The translations under genes and the position numbers were made by a program. A stretch of DNA of 64,000 bases. It comes from Antedon mediterranea. Lineage: Eukaryota > Animalia > Echinodermata. Under the pieces are notes generated by a model. That model was not told the origin of the DNA and made no database searches. It saw nothing but the letters and a program-made list of their open reading frames with translations. Location of the stretch: contig NC_092674.1 in NCBI RefSeq assembly GCF_964355755.1, positions 5,208,001-5,272,000 of the forward strand. Direction: 5' to 3'. Shown in pieces: positions 45,588 through 59,905 of the stretch (position 1 is its first letter; every line of letters starts with the position of its first letter).

Positions 45588-48500
45588 GGAGAGTCAAAGG
45601 CTATTGAAGAAATTGATATTGATTTCTGTAAAGTTTATTAACTACAACGCCAATGCTTCATCACTCTCTCAGGGTAGTGGCTTTTGTTACAATTAATTAA
45701 ATAATAATTAACAATAGAAATTGTGCTATCTTATATGAAGAATGCAAATTTTGATTTTATTTAGTTAAACAGGTCAAAAGTCTAGATAATTATTTCTATA
45801 ATGCATGGCTGCTTCTTTTATAGAAATTATAACGATCCTCTCATGGATATCGAATAGATGTCATAGTCATTAATATTGAGTGTATACTGATTTATTTATT
45901 TATTTTATTTTTATTTTATTCATTTCGGCAATAAACATAAAATAATTATTACAAAAAAAACATAGAAATATATATATGAAATACAAGACACGAGGCCGAG
46001 GAAAGACAAAAGCATTAAACAAAACGCTGTCATTTGCATATTTAAAAAAACATCACTGATAATATAGATTATAATTATTTTCTTATTAAACGATACAATA
46101 TCAAAATGGAAGTATTTCTTCTTTCTTCTTCTTTACAAAATTTAACTATCTCCCAGAAAGTTTTTTTTTAACTGTAAATAAGTGCATCAGTAATACTATT
46201 GCACACCATGTGACCCACAATCATCCAATAAAATTACAGAAAGAAATCTATTTAGGTGATAATACCAGAACATCTACATAGGCCTATGAATGTTCTACAA
46301 TAAATATGATGAAAGAAATATGATGATTGAAAATTCTTCGGTATTTCATTTGGATTATCATTACTAATTATTCGCGATAGAGATTTGCTAAGCTGTAAGC
46401 CGTTGAATCAAAACCAAAATTGTCGGAGATGTATCCAGGCAACACGGAACATTGATTCTTACGAGTTGAAAGAGTCACTGATAAAAACGAGCGGAACTCG
46501 TACCAACAGTGCTCTAACTCGATGCAGGTGGCTGTCCACAAAGAAATTGTATTTCTCATGAGAGTCTTTTATTGTGTTTTCTTTCCGTAGATATTTCCTT
46601 AATGTGTCGAAATCAAAAGCACTTATGTATAATTAATTATTTCAGAGGAAACCTTTTCGGAAAGCTGTTTGTCTGAATATGACATGATAATTTTCTTTGA
46701 ACCTTTTAACTGTGTAAACAAGTTTAAGATGTATGGACAGATTTGAAGTATATTCAATAAAACTGAATGATTACGAGTGTTTGGATTGTCATGTTATTTC
46801 GTTGATTATTAACACTACTCGCCGGTAGCTATTTTGTCTCTAGTTAGATTATAAATATTGATTTTGATTTGTAGAGTGGGTTTTGCCGAATACAAACCAG
46901 CTGTTTTGAATTTGAAAAGTAAATACGAGCATTATTAATTATATATACCCAGTCTCTCTGTCTAGTGATATCATATTTGCCCAATTCATTTCTGAATATG
47001 TATTTCATATAATCATTAAAGAATCCAGACATCTCTGATGTTGACACAAATTAGAAATCTGATAAAAAAAAATTTTTTTTAAAGAGAAAAATGTTTAAAA
47101 CATTTAAAAAAAATATATTAATAAACATGTGGAAATGAAAGAAATATGACCAAACCATGTGCGTCTATTTATACTCATATAGAAAGATAGATAAAGAATA
47201 CTATAACTTTCAAAACATATTTACTGTACTTTAATCAAAGGGCAGCATTCATAAAGTTTAAATAAACTTTCAATGAAAACAAGTTTGATTGATATACTGG
47301 CATTTTGATATGAAATGCTTCAATTTGCTGGCGGCAGCACTGCCAGCCAATTTAAGAGAGAACATCCGTAATGTTATTTTTGTATCTAATTTGTCTATTG
47401 TTAATTGAATTTATAATCGTTTAAGCTAATACACTATAGTATATATTCATATTTCCATTTTAATGAGTAAACTAAAGTAATTGATAGTGAGTACAGAAGT
47501 AATATCTGGTATTATGTGACTTTCCAAGAACCAAATGTGAAATTATATTTACCAGATGAACTAATAAAAAAAATGAATAAATTATTCCTAAAGTCTTTAT
47601 ACAGTATATTCAGCTAACTCGTCCTGGTGACGAGTTTTTTTTGATTTAGTTAGATAACAGTATATCAATATTTTGTGCCTACCTTACCAGGATAAATTGA
47701 CAATAGCCTCTCTCTATGAGGAGAGGATATGTTTATGAAAAGAAGAAATTTAGTTCAACACTCCTATTGGATAATGGAACTGTCCATGATTTTAATGAAA
47801 AATTTATACCTTTTTAGGTTAACCTCTTTATATTTTATTGATAATGAAAGCTAATTGTGACTTTCAACAAGCTGTATTTATTATACTGTTTCGTCGTCTA
47901 TATATAATTTTCCACCTATTTTTTAGTAAAGCGCAAAGTATTATTCCATGTTTGATTACATTTTGTGTTCATTTTGAGAAATGAATTTATTTAAAGTTGA
48001 AAGCTTGAGAGTTATTCTTTCAGTAAAACGTACAAAGACGAGAGATGTTGACAAGATAGCATTGTAAATGTCAAAGGCGATCTTGTTTATCGTTTTGGTC
48101 AGAGCAAGAGACCTAAGGATTATCGTCTTTTACGGTATAAATGCTAATCCGTAGTAACGTGCTCAAAAGATCACGATAAAATATCAGAAACTTCAGTATA
48201 GATTTGAATTCTTGTTGTTCAGTTGTGAGATTAAATTTTTAACCAGATTGCATTTAAAAAATGTAATTTTATTTCACTACTATAATAATATGTATCCTTG
48301 CAATAGTTCTATTTCACTTTCAAAGTTCTATTTTATAGTTTTTTTAATGGTTCTATTTAATGGTTCTATTTAATGGTTCTATTTAATGGTTCTATAATGG
48401 TTCTATTTAATTATTCTATTACATATAAGGTTTTTGTAAACATTTTTAGAATTTTGTTCAACATGAGGCTGCTGGCTATTCAAGTGCTATTGCACGGCTA

Positions 48501-49486
48501 AAATTGGAGTAGTCAATAAAATATTCTAACTCATAATCATTCATCATTGTATAATTACACTGACCAACACATGGAATGAATAGTATTCCTTTGAATTACG
48601 CATTTAAAAATTAATATTATACTTATATGTAATTACAATAATTATTAAGTAATAGTGGCTATTATTAGTAAGGTTAAAAAAACATGTATTTGTTGATGAA
48701 TAAAGCAAAGTTTTGTATTTGGAATTGCTACTAAAATAACTGCACGTAAAAAACTAATTTCATTCTGTGACCTTTTTATTATACATTTTATTGATGTGTA
48801 TAATTTATTTTACCATTTATATATAATGAAATGGTAGAAGAAAAAGGTACAACCAACCTTATATAATCTATTTCTTTTCATACATACGTATTTATACTAT
48901 TAGAAATTTGCTTTACATTATAATTTATACTGTGCTTGATTACATGAAAATATTCCCATATCTACATATTTTCTTAAAAAGTATGTCTTTTTGCTTGTGT
49001 GGATGATCAATGATTTTATATTACATGTATGCTTAATATTATTAATATATGTTGAAGTCCTGCTAATAATTAGCGTACTATGTGCTATACATTAACTTGT
49101 GGTATAGCTTCGGAAGTTGTATTGAGGTTGTTTTTTTTATTCTTGAGGTTTGAAATCTCTTCATATCCTATGCATTAAGCTACTTCAAACTCGTTATTCC
49201 TGACTAATTTTCTAAATCATATTTTGACAGTTCATAATCTCCTTCTAAATTCTGTCTTATAGTGCTAATTTAAAAATTCTTTTGATTTATAAAATATTCC
49301 TAAAAGCTTTGAGTAGTGCAAGGAGGTTTAAAAAATATTATATCTCTGTAAAATATTTATTGTAGCCCATTTTCAAATTTTAAGAATTTAATCCACACTT
49401 TCAAAACAAAACTATAAAACTAAATATTTCACTTATAAAAGCCTAATTTTTCTAATAAATATGGTACTTTAAAATATTGTTATTAA

Positions 49487-49787
49487 AGATACATTGTCCT
49501 GAAAAAAATAGTTTTTTTGTTGAATGTGCCATTTTGATGTTCCATTAAAAATATTCACTTAGACCATAAATTGGATGGAAAAAAAGTTATTTACCGTACC
49601 TGAAAAACTGTAATTTAAAGCAAAAAATAGTCAAATTTGCTGCCAGCCAATGGGTTTTGATTGTTTTATAATTAAAACCTTTTTTTTCCCATTTTTTTCT
49701 GCGGAATTGATTAACTTTATTAAAACTACAAAATGGCCTATTTAAAATCTGATTTAGTTTTTCATGATTTGGGGGGACAATATATCT
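49487..49787. mobile_element. Kolobok-like MITE
   Basis: TTAA-AGATACATTGTCC ... GGACAATATATCT. The right TSD is degenerate. Confidence 0.55.
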
Positions 49788-51449
49788 TTTTTTTTTATAT
49801 TTTTCCTTTTTGGTTTTGCCACATCATATTTTTTCCATTAATAATTTCTGGCATGACATACTGTAACATCTTATGTAAAATATAAACCATAAACAACTTG
49901 TCAACATCTTCATGTTCTAGGATTCTATTAAATCATTTCTTTCTCTCTGGAATACTTTTTTAGCGGCAGCTCTAGTAATTTTCTACATTCTAGATCTATT
50001 TAACGTTTGATAACCGTCCTCATTTTATTTTTCTATCTGCATTAATTCTAAGTTGGCTTATTTTCTTCTTTGTGGTTATTATGATCAAATCTTTAGTATT
50101 TAATTTGTTTCTATTTAATCAATTTCAAATATCGAAAGGATTTTTAACTTCTTCCATATTTGGAATCAAAATGTTTGTTTGTCAAATTTTTCAATCTATT
50201 ATGACATTCGTAAGACTGGAGTTCTAAAGTGGTAATCTTTTCTTCTTTTTCTTTAGATTACTAATCCATATAATATTTTCAATCTATAGTGTACTTGACT
50301 GAATCAAGATCAAACATGTAGTAAACTGCTCTGTCTACACTATCAAACTAGTTTGACAAAAAATGTGTGATGTGCCCAAATATGGTAGTGATATATCCAA
50401 ATATGATGATATGACATCATCATCGTGTCCATATATGGGCACATCACATTTTTTGTCCATAGAGTTTGGATGTAATTGAACTGAATGTTCAATACATTTA
50501 GAAATTTACGAAATTGCAAGTAATTTTTTTGTGGGATTCGAACCCATGACTTTTAAAGTGCTATTGTCATGGTGTTTCCATCTATATAAGCTTGCCTTCA
50601 GAATCTTTTATCACCATCTCTCTTTACCATTTCTAAACCGGAAAGTATAAAAAATGGCTTACAGATCACAATTTTCTATAAAATGCTAGTCTTCTTTTCC
50701 AATTACTAATAATTATGAAAAATATACATACACATATACACACATATAATTATATACATACACATATATGTCTTTAGTGAAAACAGGTTTTTTTTTCAAA
50801 ATTCGTACAATCTGTTTTCCACAAATTACTTAACATACCTTTCTCTTAAATCAATCAGAAGTGGCTTAACCATAACATCTATCATTAGTCTATAGTTATG
50901 ATCAATGTGCTAAAATTAATCATGATCAGTGTACCGTGACGTCCCTGCGAGATTGTATATTACCAAAGTGAAAGTCACAGTGTAATAAAACCAATGGGCT
51001 TTGATGCAGAGCATTTCTACAGCATTACAACCATGTGTTAATAGCTGTACCCTTCAGTAGATACAGCTTAATTAACATAATACATACTTTGTTGCACTAT
51101 TTATGTTAATGAAAAATTAATTAGTGTCGAAACGGCTAAATCTGTTCCGGAAGTGATACGTGTGGTTGTCACCATTTTAGTTGATTTATCACTGATATAT
51201 TCAGACGATGTACAGTAGGATATAAATATAGAAATTTCTTTTTTATTAAACAAATGGAAAAATGCAAAATTAGATGATAAATACCTTCTTCATTCAATAT
51301 TACAAACAGATACAGAATGATGTATGATGTTGTTTTCAAAAAATCTTTCCAGTATTAATCAATAAAAATAAATTCAGTATTTGTAAGACCACCTGCATTT
51401 ATAATATACCATCACTTGCAATTATCTTTTATTTGTTTGCAGATAATTT

Positions 51450-52020
51450 ACATTATCAACATCGTTATCATGACATTTTTTTTTTCATGCCATCTTCTTC
51501 CTTTCTAACTGTATCTATTTATTTGATCTTCTCTCTGTCAGGAGATAACAGAGTTTGTTCTTTACATTCACCTTTAAGACCCTAATGAATAGCACTAAAA
51601 ATATTAGATTTCATAATAGTAGTGTATTTTTAGGATGCACACATTCAATCAGATAATGTTTAATTTCTCTCGATGTTCTTTCCTTTAATAGGTTTCCCTT
51701 TGCCTACAGTAATACATCACTTTATTTAGAAACATCAACATCGTTATCATCAATACTCTTTTCTCTCATGCCATCTTCTTCCTTTCTACTATATCTTTTT
51801 CTATTCCTTTGATCTTTCCCCTGTCCCTTTTCATAAAAATACATAAATTTACATTCGCCTTTGAGACCCCAATGAATAGCACTCAAAATAAGATTTCATA
51901 ATAGTAGTATATTTTTAGGATACACCGTACAATCAGTTTGATAATGTTTAATTTCTCTCGATGTTCTTTTCTCTAATAGGTTTCCCTACAGTATTACATC
52001 ACTATATGTAGAAACACTTA
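51450..52020. repeat. Diverged direct duplication of about 280 bp
   Basis: ATCAACATCGTTATCA...CATGCCATCTTCTTCCTTTCTA...AATGAATAGCACT...CAGTAATACATCACT occurs twice (about 51454 and 51734). Confidence 0.8.
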
Positions 52021-52349
52021 TGAACATTAAAAAAGCTCTACATAAACAATTAACATACATACTGTTTTCAGAATATCTTTCAATGTTCTTTTCCGTAATA
52101 GATTTCTCCTTCAGCCATTATAATATTTAAAAGCACTTACCTATGAAAAGCACTAAAGCACTAGTAATTAACACATAATACTAATGTTTATGATGCATAA
52201 ACCCTAGTTACTATGCATTATCAGAATGATTATATCCTTAAATTGGTTGTATTTTTTGCCACCTGTGTTCTGGAACACACCTAAGTGCATCTGTGTCATT
52301 TGATTGGGTGTTTAGTATGTATCCCATGCCATGCAATATTTGGATCCAT

Positions 52350-52620
52350 CTGGAATCTTCCCACCTCCTTCCTCTTTCAGAAATTCTCTTTCCTCCCTCA
52401 GAAATCCTACCAACTCTTTGCTCCCTCAGAAATGTCCCCACCTTTTTCTTCCTCCCTCAGAAATTCTCCCACCTCGTTCTTGCCTCAGAAATATCCCAAC
52501 CTCTTTGTTCCCTACAGAAATTCTCCCACCTCTTCCTCTCTTAGAAATTCCCTCCACCTCGTTCCTCCCTCATAAATTCCTCCATCAGAAACTCCCCCAC
52601 CTCCTTCCTCCATCAAAAAT
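52350..52620. repeat. ~29-bp pyrimidine-rich minisatellite
   Basis: Repeated CTCAGAAATTCTCCCACCTC...CCTCC-like units. Confidence 0.8.
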
Positions 52621-54640
52621 CATGCCTGAACTGGTACGGTACACTCAAGATCGAAAAGGTATTATAGCAATTAACATAATAACGACATCTGAAAACATTG
52701 CTCAAGGCCTTTTGTCATATAAATGACTTAAGGTTAGACAGCTCAATGTAATGCAAATATAAATATGGTAATATCATTTCTTATGCATCTGAAAACCCTT
52801 GATTAATGCTGACTGTACTTTTCAAGCAATGCCAAGATCTGTTTTACATAATTCAGTATTTTATTACTTCAAGTGAGGTGAAATATTTTTACATGCAACT
52901 GTTAAATTATTTTTTCAGGTGGGCTATGAATATTTATAATATAATTTTATGATATAGTTTAATCGTTTTATATTCATATGTTTTTTTGTAGAAATAAATT
53001 CTGTATTTTATTATTCCAAGTATTTTTGTAGAATTTAAACATCTTTCATCTGTGAACCATTAAATTATTTCTTTTTTATATATTTTTGTGGTAATTACAA
53101 ATTATTAAGTAGATTAGTTGATTTAAGTGGCCAAGTTTTTTAGGAAAAATATTATATTCGGATTAGAAAGTACCCTCCTTTTTATAAATCTTGGATACAC
53201 CACTATTTAAATTGTATTCATATTATCATACTCTTTATATAATGTTAAAACTAATCTAGGTTTTAGACATAACAGTGATTTTAATATACATACAGTACAG
53301 TAAGACTTGGGGAACTGAGATTATACACTACTACACTAATTGTTATGCTTTCCACAAGGATGCCATGCAAGAATGTAAGCCGCATTGCAAATGAATTGAC
53401 CAATCAAAAGCGATTGATTATTCTTACTGTCGTTTGTGATTGGTCAACTCTACTTGCGTTGCGGCTTACATCCTTGCATTGCATCCTAGTGGGAACCAAG
53501 CTTTAGGTACCAGTAATGTTCTTCAAAGTTTAGGTGCTTAAATTTCAGCCGCAAAACATTCTAATTTCTGTTTTATTCGCACTGTAAATATGAATGCATA
53601 TAATATCTAGACAAATATGCCCACAGGGTGCTTTATCTAAGTAGGTCAATTCATCCCGTGAAAGTAGTTAATACATGATGTTATGCAAATTAACTGCGTT
53701 CTTTATGTTGCGTTTACTCGTAAACGCAACATAGCAAATGTCAACTGACGCTTTTAATTATTCATAATAATGATATTTGAGATGTAACGTGGTAATGTAG
53801 CATAAATGCGTGTGCTTTGTTGTTGTGCAATATTGAAAATTCATTATTATTATTCAAATTCACATACAATACAATATTCGATAAAAATCCTTTAGTTTGG
53901 TTCCCACTTATACCAATGCATGAACATATAACAATAATTTGACCAATGACGATGAATGTTTCAATTGAATCATCGCTTCTCATTGGTCAAATTGTTTTTG
54001 TTTTATTAATATCTGTTCTTGTTGGAACCACGCTTGAGGATTAAATGCATGTTTCTTAATGAAAAAAATCCTCGTACTATAACCCAGTAGTTTAGTTGTT
54101 AAGATTGACTTCCATTGTAAGATGAAATGAAACTGGATTTGATTTTGTGTAAACATTAACTTAAAAACTCTTTTGGGAGGAATGTGGTTTTCTTTATCTT
54201 CTCCTGACAGACTTGATCTCAGTACTTAACAGCCATCAGCAACCAACATAATATTTGATTTGATAAATTCAGGCTTCTCCTTTCTATGGATGCAGAATTT
54301 CATTTAATAAATCTAGTTTAAAGCAATATCTACACTATGAAACTTTATGTGACAACAAAATTTGATGTGCCCAGATACAGACATGATGATGTCATATCAC
54401 TACCATATTTGGGCACATCACATTTTTTGTCACATAAAGTTTGATAGTGTAGACAGAGCTTAAGATTAGTTGCTTTATACGTGGATAAATCAACCATGTT
54501 CCAATTTCTAAAAGGCTGTTTATAAGCCTGCAGATAGAAATCACCTTTTAAACATTTTATTTTTTATTTAACCAAGGTGTAAAGTCTGAAATATCAAATT
54601 ACATATGTAATTCTTCTTAATCAGATGATGCTGATGTTAA

Positions 54641-55266
54641 AGACCCCTTCCCTGCAATTTTTGACGTTTTTTGGAAAATAATACATATATATCACTTTAA
54701 AAACATTAAACCATGTCATTCCTTGTCTTAAATGTACGTTTTATGGTAAATTATGATAAAAAGTGAGAAACAATGCACTACCTAAGTAGCTCGCGGCGAT
54801 CGACCTCTCGTGGACGGTCTCAGGCCTAGCCTAGCTAGGCTTAGTTTTGTAGGCCTAGCTGGTAAACATCGGTAACGTACGAACATCGTACGCTAGCTAT
54901 ATACCTAGTCTGACGTTGTATAGTTGCTGCATTAATTGTCTTTCTATTTTTGCCAGACTCCGTTGATACAAATTGGGGAAAACCCAGTATTTTCGCTGAA
55001 AAGTTAGGAGTCTTCCATTTGTTTTGGCTTCACGATCGATCGAAAAGTGGGCGAATTACAGGTGAAAAACAACAATATCAATCCGCGCGCAATGCATTTT
55101 GGGATTTATAGCGGGCCGCTATAATTATTAAAATCGATTTATTTTTCACATTTTTAACCGTTTAAAGACGAAAAAAGTTATCGCAATAGGACCATATAGT
55201 ATTATTTTTACATTAAATATAGTTTGTGATCTTAAATTAGATCTAAAAAACGTAGGGAATGGGGCT
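54641..55266. mobile_element. Kolobok-like non-autonomous DNA transposon
   Basis: TTAA-AGACCCCTTCCCTGC ... GTAGGGAATGGGGCT-TTAA: imperfect TIRs beginning AG, TTAA TSD on both sides. Confidence 0.7.
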
Positions 55267-58200
55267 TTAAGTCACGTGACTATAATTAAAAGCTGTGATT
55301 GGTTGTATTTTTTCCAGATTTGACAAGAAGCAATCATGCATATCTAATCACGATTTTTGTAATCATCCCCATGTGTCTACTTCCGATGAAATAAAATTCC
55401 GTAATGTTAAAAAAGAACATTTTTAGATAGTAGATTTGAAAGCAAAATAAAAAATAATGTTACTGTATGTGTGTCAGTGAGTTGAGTGTGATGACATTAT
55501 CTATGTACAATAAATCATAGAAACATTACTTTACAACATTCCAAATATTTTCTATCTTTAATCATAAATATCACAAGTGCACCAAAATTGAAAAATATAT
55601 TTGCCTATGGAAATTCATTTGTAGTGTATTATAATATCAGAACGTTTGTTATTGATAAGACGTACACTACAGTATTACAACACAGCTGAGTGTAATCTTA
55701 CAATTTGATTGGTTAATTATGTATTATGTGCCGTTCAGTATAATTATACTGAATGGAAAAGTGATATTTAATGGCGATAATGAATGTTACTATTGAACAT
55801 GCATAGCACAATAGCTGAACGTGCAATAGGACCATTAAATATAACGCTTTTCCATTTAAAAGAACTAATATTGAACGATTCGTGATACCAAATCCACCAA
55901 TTAAATGGCAGGGATACACTCAGGTACTATTAAATTTGCAACTGTACATTAAGCTCTGTCTATACTATCAAACTTTATTTGACAAAAAAAGGTTTGCCCA
56001 TATATGGACATGATGATGTCATATCACTACCATATTTGGGAATATCAATACCATATTCAGGCACATCACACTTTTTTGATAGTGTAGACAGTGCTTTAGT
56101 TGCATATTTTAGAATTATATTGTCACCGAGTGTAAGTTTTCATATCTTAGCATTCCAATGCCGACATGCTTTCGTTCTTAACACATCGCTGAAGTTTACG
56201 TAACGTGAGTGACATATTATTGTCAATGCTTTAATCCGTGATCCTATTAAGATGGAATATATTAAAGTTTAAACGATGCCTGTGAGGCTTATAAAGTACA
56301 TTCTGTATGTCAGTCTGTGGCATTTACATATTATATGGTAATCGTGGGACACCCTTTTCTCTATATATCACTCCAAATCAATGCGAATATGTAAGCGACT
56401 TTTAACTTATCAGCTGCAAGGGTTTTTATTAGTTGTCTTAATTTTGATCTCTATGGAATAATTATTAAGTTGTATAATACCGATGTAGCATGGTGTTATT
56501 GTTCTAGGGCAATGTTGACAAAATGAAACAAATTTATACATATGTCTCGAAACAATTTATGGACTTGATAGAAATAGATGACAAGTTTTTTCATTTCACA
56601 ATTGTTAGATGAGGAAAACTTGTTTCTATGCATTTAATTGTTCAGTGTGTATGTGTTTACCAAAGTTACGAAGCAACAGAGCGTAACAAACATCTGCCGA
56701 TCCTTATAATCAATAATAAGCATATGATGGTATCCTTGAAAAAAGTTCACTTCACATGAATACACAGGTTGTTTTCCACTCAACAGAAATCCGTAGGCCT
56801 ATATTTTCAGTTCAAATGGTAAATGTATTAAGGCAAGTTTGTTAAGTTGAAAAAATACTGAAAAATAATGTTCTGCGGAAAGGTCAAAGGCCAAATCGTA
56901 AAGTCGCTATTGTGTTTTGACAATATGGTATATGCCTCTTCTGGTTTCACTGGTAATCTTGATAAAGTTCATTTGTCCGTCCACCGATACGATGATTTAC
57001 TTTACGTGCATTAATCTTCGTTTCGAATGTTTAATGTTTGTTTGAGTAGGTGCTTAACTTCACTTTCTTTGAAGGTCAACAAAACGAAGGCGTTTAAAAA
57101 AAGCACATTAAAACAATAAGAAACAGCGACCTAGATTTGAACAACAATAACGTGGAAAAAGATAGTCTCACTGATGTCACCCTCACAGCCAACACACTGT
57201 AAACATGTTAATTGAAGGGTCAACTGACTTTTTAAGGGGCAACTGACTCTTTGAGTTATAGTAATTGTTTTGCTTTATTTGCCCCTGACCATTGTGCTTT
57301 GTTTCTGTTCTGTTCTGTATCTGTTTATTGGTCGAATAAATAAATGAAATTAAATGAAATGATAATAAATCAAACCATATCTAAATTGTATTTATGTACT
57401 TAATGGCTGATGTTGAGAAAAGTTACGTTGTGGCATAATAAAATTCAAGGATAAAATGATATTGTAGGAAATCAGAAAAAATAAAATACTGATACATCAC
57501 CTGTCATTTCATTTATGAAAATATACTTGCATTAATATTTTTTACCTTGGAATATTTAAGAAATACTGTATATATTTTGAAGGCTACTAATTTCTTTATG
57601 CGTTTCATGTACAATTGATATAATATCTCAAATTATCTTTCTGAAATCCAAATGAGACTAAAAAAAAAAACAGACATGTATAGATTATGTATATTTATAT
57701 ATAGTAAACCAAATACCGACACATGAATTCAGTAAAACTAATTTGACTTCAATAACTTAAAAGCAAGCGAACACGTTTCATTGTTTTGTACATCGAGATA
57801 AATTAATAACAACATTTATCAGATACTGTTTAGACTTCAAATGTTTTACGAAATGATCTTTAAGGTTTAAATACAAGATTTATGAATTGAAGGAGACAGT
57901 TATCCTAAGAATCTATAAATGAAAGGTAATGTTTGTAATAGAGAAAGATGTTTAACTGCACAATACAACTTTGCGTGCTCTTTACAATCAGTTTCTCAGT
58001 TTCATTCTCTTTAATTTAGAATGCAATACGTCGCATTTGGTTTGCTTTATATGAGTGTACGTCTCCTAGCATTTATTAACATTCGATATATGGTGACTGA
58101 AGGACTGTCATAACATGTCATGGCAGGATAATCGGTTACCATCCTGTATCCCGAACTTTGTTCAAAGTTTTTAAATTAATGATTTTTAATGTATACAAAC

Positions 58201-59369
58201 TGTTGATTGATAAGTTGATTAAGTTTTTTATTTTAGGTCGATAAACAAGCTTGTTGAAGAAATGTCATAACACAACATGTGATACATATGTGATATAATT
58301 TACCTACGATACCTTTTAATTTTTCATATTGCATCTCAAACAATTCATTTGAAGACATCTTAATTTCCAACTCATAGCCAAATGATCATAGGCATAACTA
58401 TCTTTTTATTTTTGCCTCATTTAGTATAATATCGTTTCTTTGTAGTTTATATTTTTTTTTTCATTTTGAAACAAGTTGCCTTCCTCCGTTTCAAGTTGCA
58501 ATATTGTAATTAAAATGTTAAAAGTAATTCCTTATCTGAGAGGCTAACAGTAGGAAAGATGATTTGTTTGTTTTTACTTCTTGCTCATATAAAAATCTCA
58601 AAATACATATACAATACAATTTATAAATACAATACTAAATAAAAAAATATGAAAAGACAAGGGTCCAGAGAGAATAAAAATAAGAAGAATAGATAAACGG
58701 GAGAACAAAATTATATATGAACGTCTAAAAAATTAAAAAGTCTAAATTAGTAAATGCTGATTTTGAGTTGATCTTTTTGAAGTTTCTTTAATTTACAGTA
58801 CAACTTGAAAGTAGACTTACTTTACTATTTATTTAAAAAAATCCTTAAAACCTGTCTCAATGACACACCAAACTTTCTTTCTTACCATTTCTGATCTTGA
58901 GTCCTATACTACAGTGACTTTTTAAATATTATTATTCGTTCAATTCCTTTTAGGTAGTCTGACTAATACGATATATATTTCTAAGTTTGTCATAAAACGT
59001 GAAATGATTTTGTTAGAATGTAATAACTAAAAATGTATCATCTATCCTTTTATGAAACTATTTCATTTATCTATATATAGAAATAATTTGTCCCCTGGCA
59101 AAATATAGATATAGAACATTATATATTTAGAGAGTAATATTCCTTTAGTTAATATAAGTGTATAAATATCATCAGAAATTCCTATGTTGTATGTTATATT
59201 TCTGTGATACAATTAACATACTACATACAGAAGTTTCTATTATTTCAGTAAAAACATGATATATATAGTAATTAGTTACTTAATACTACAGTAAGTACAT
59301 TTTAGAATACTTGCCAACAAATTTATTATTTTTATTGTTCTATTTGGATATTTATTTTTTATTACTTTC

Positions 59370-59905
59370 AATGATAAATGACTTAATTATGGCAGTTGTT
59401 AAGTCTAAAGTATACTGTACACTTTATTTTTTTTGTTTTTTTACTATTTCAAGAAAAACATATTTATTGATCAGTTTACTTTAGTGACAACAAGTTTATT
59501 TTTTTACTATTTGAAGAATTGTTTGTTTCTCTGGCATTTAATGATAAATGACTTAATTATGGCAGTTGTTAAGTCTAAAGTATACTGTACACTTTATTTT
59601 TTTTGTTTTTTTACTATTTCAAGAAAAACATATTTATTGATCAGTTTACTTTAGTGGCAACAAGTTTATTTTTTTACTATTTGAAGAATTGTTTGTTTCT
59701 CTGGCATTTAATGATAAATGACTTAATTATGGCAATTGTTAAGTCTAAAGTATACTGTACACTTTATTTTATTGTTTCTACTATTTGAAGAAAAACATAT
59801 TTATTGATTAGTTTATTTAGTTTTAGTGACAAGTTGTTTATTTTTCTATTTGAAGAATGGTTTGTTTCTGGCACTTAATGATAAATGACTTAATTATTGC
59901 AATTG
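59370..59905. repeat. 170-bp tandem repeat, about 3.2 units
   Basis: AATGATAAATGACTTAATTAT recurs at about 59371, 59540, 59710 and 59877. Confidence 0.92.

Noticed and set aside
52238-52726. Pro/Ser/Leu-rich ORFs
   Set aside because: Translations of a ~29-bp pyrimidine-rich minisatellite.
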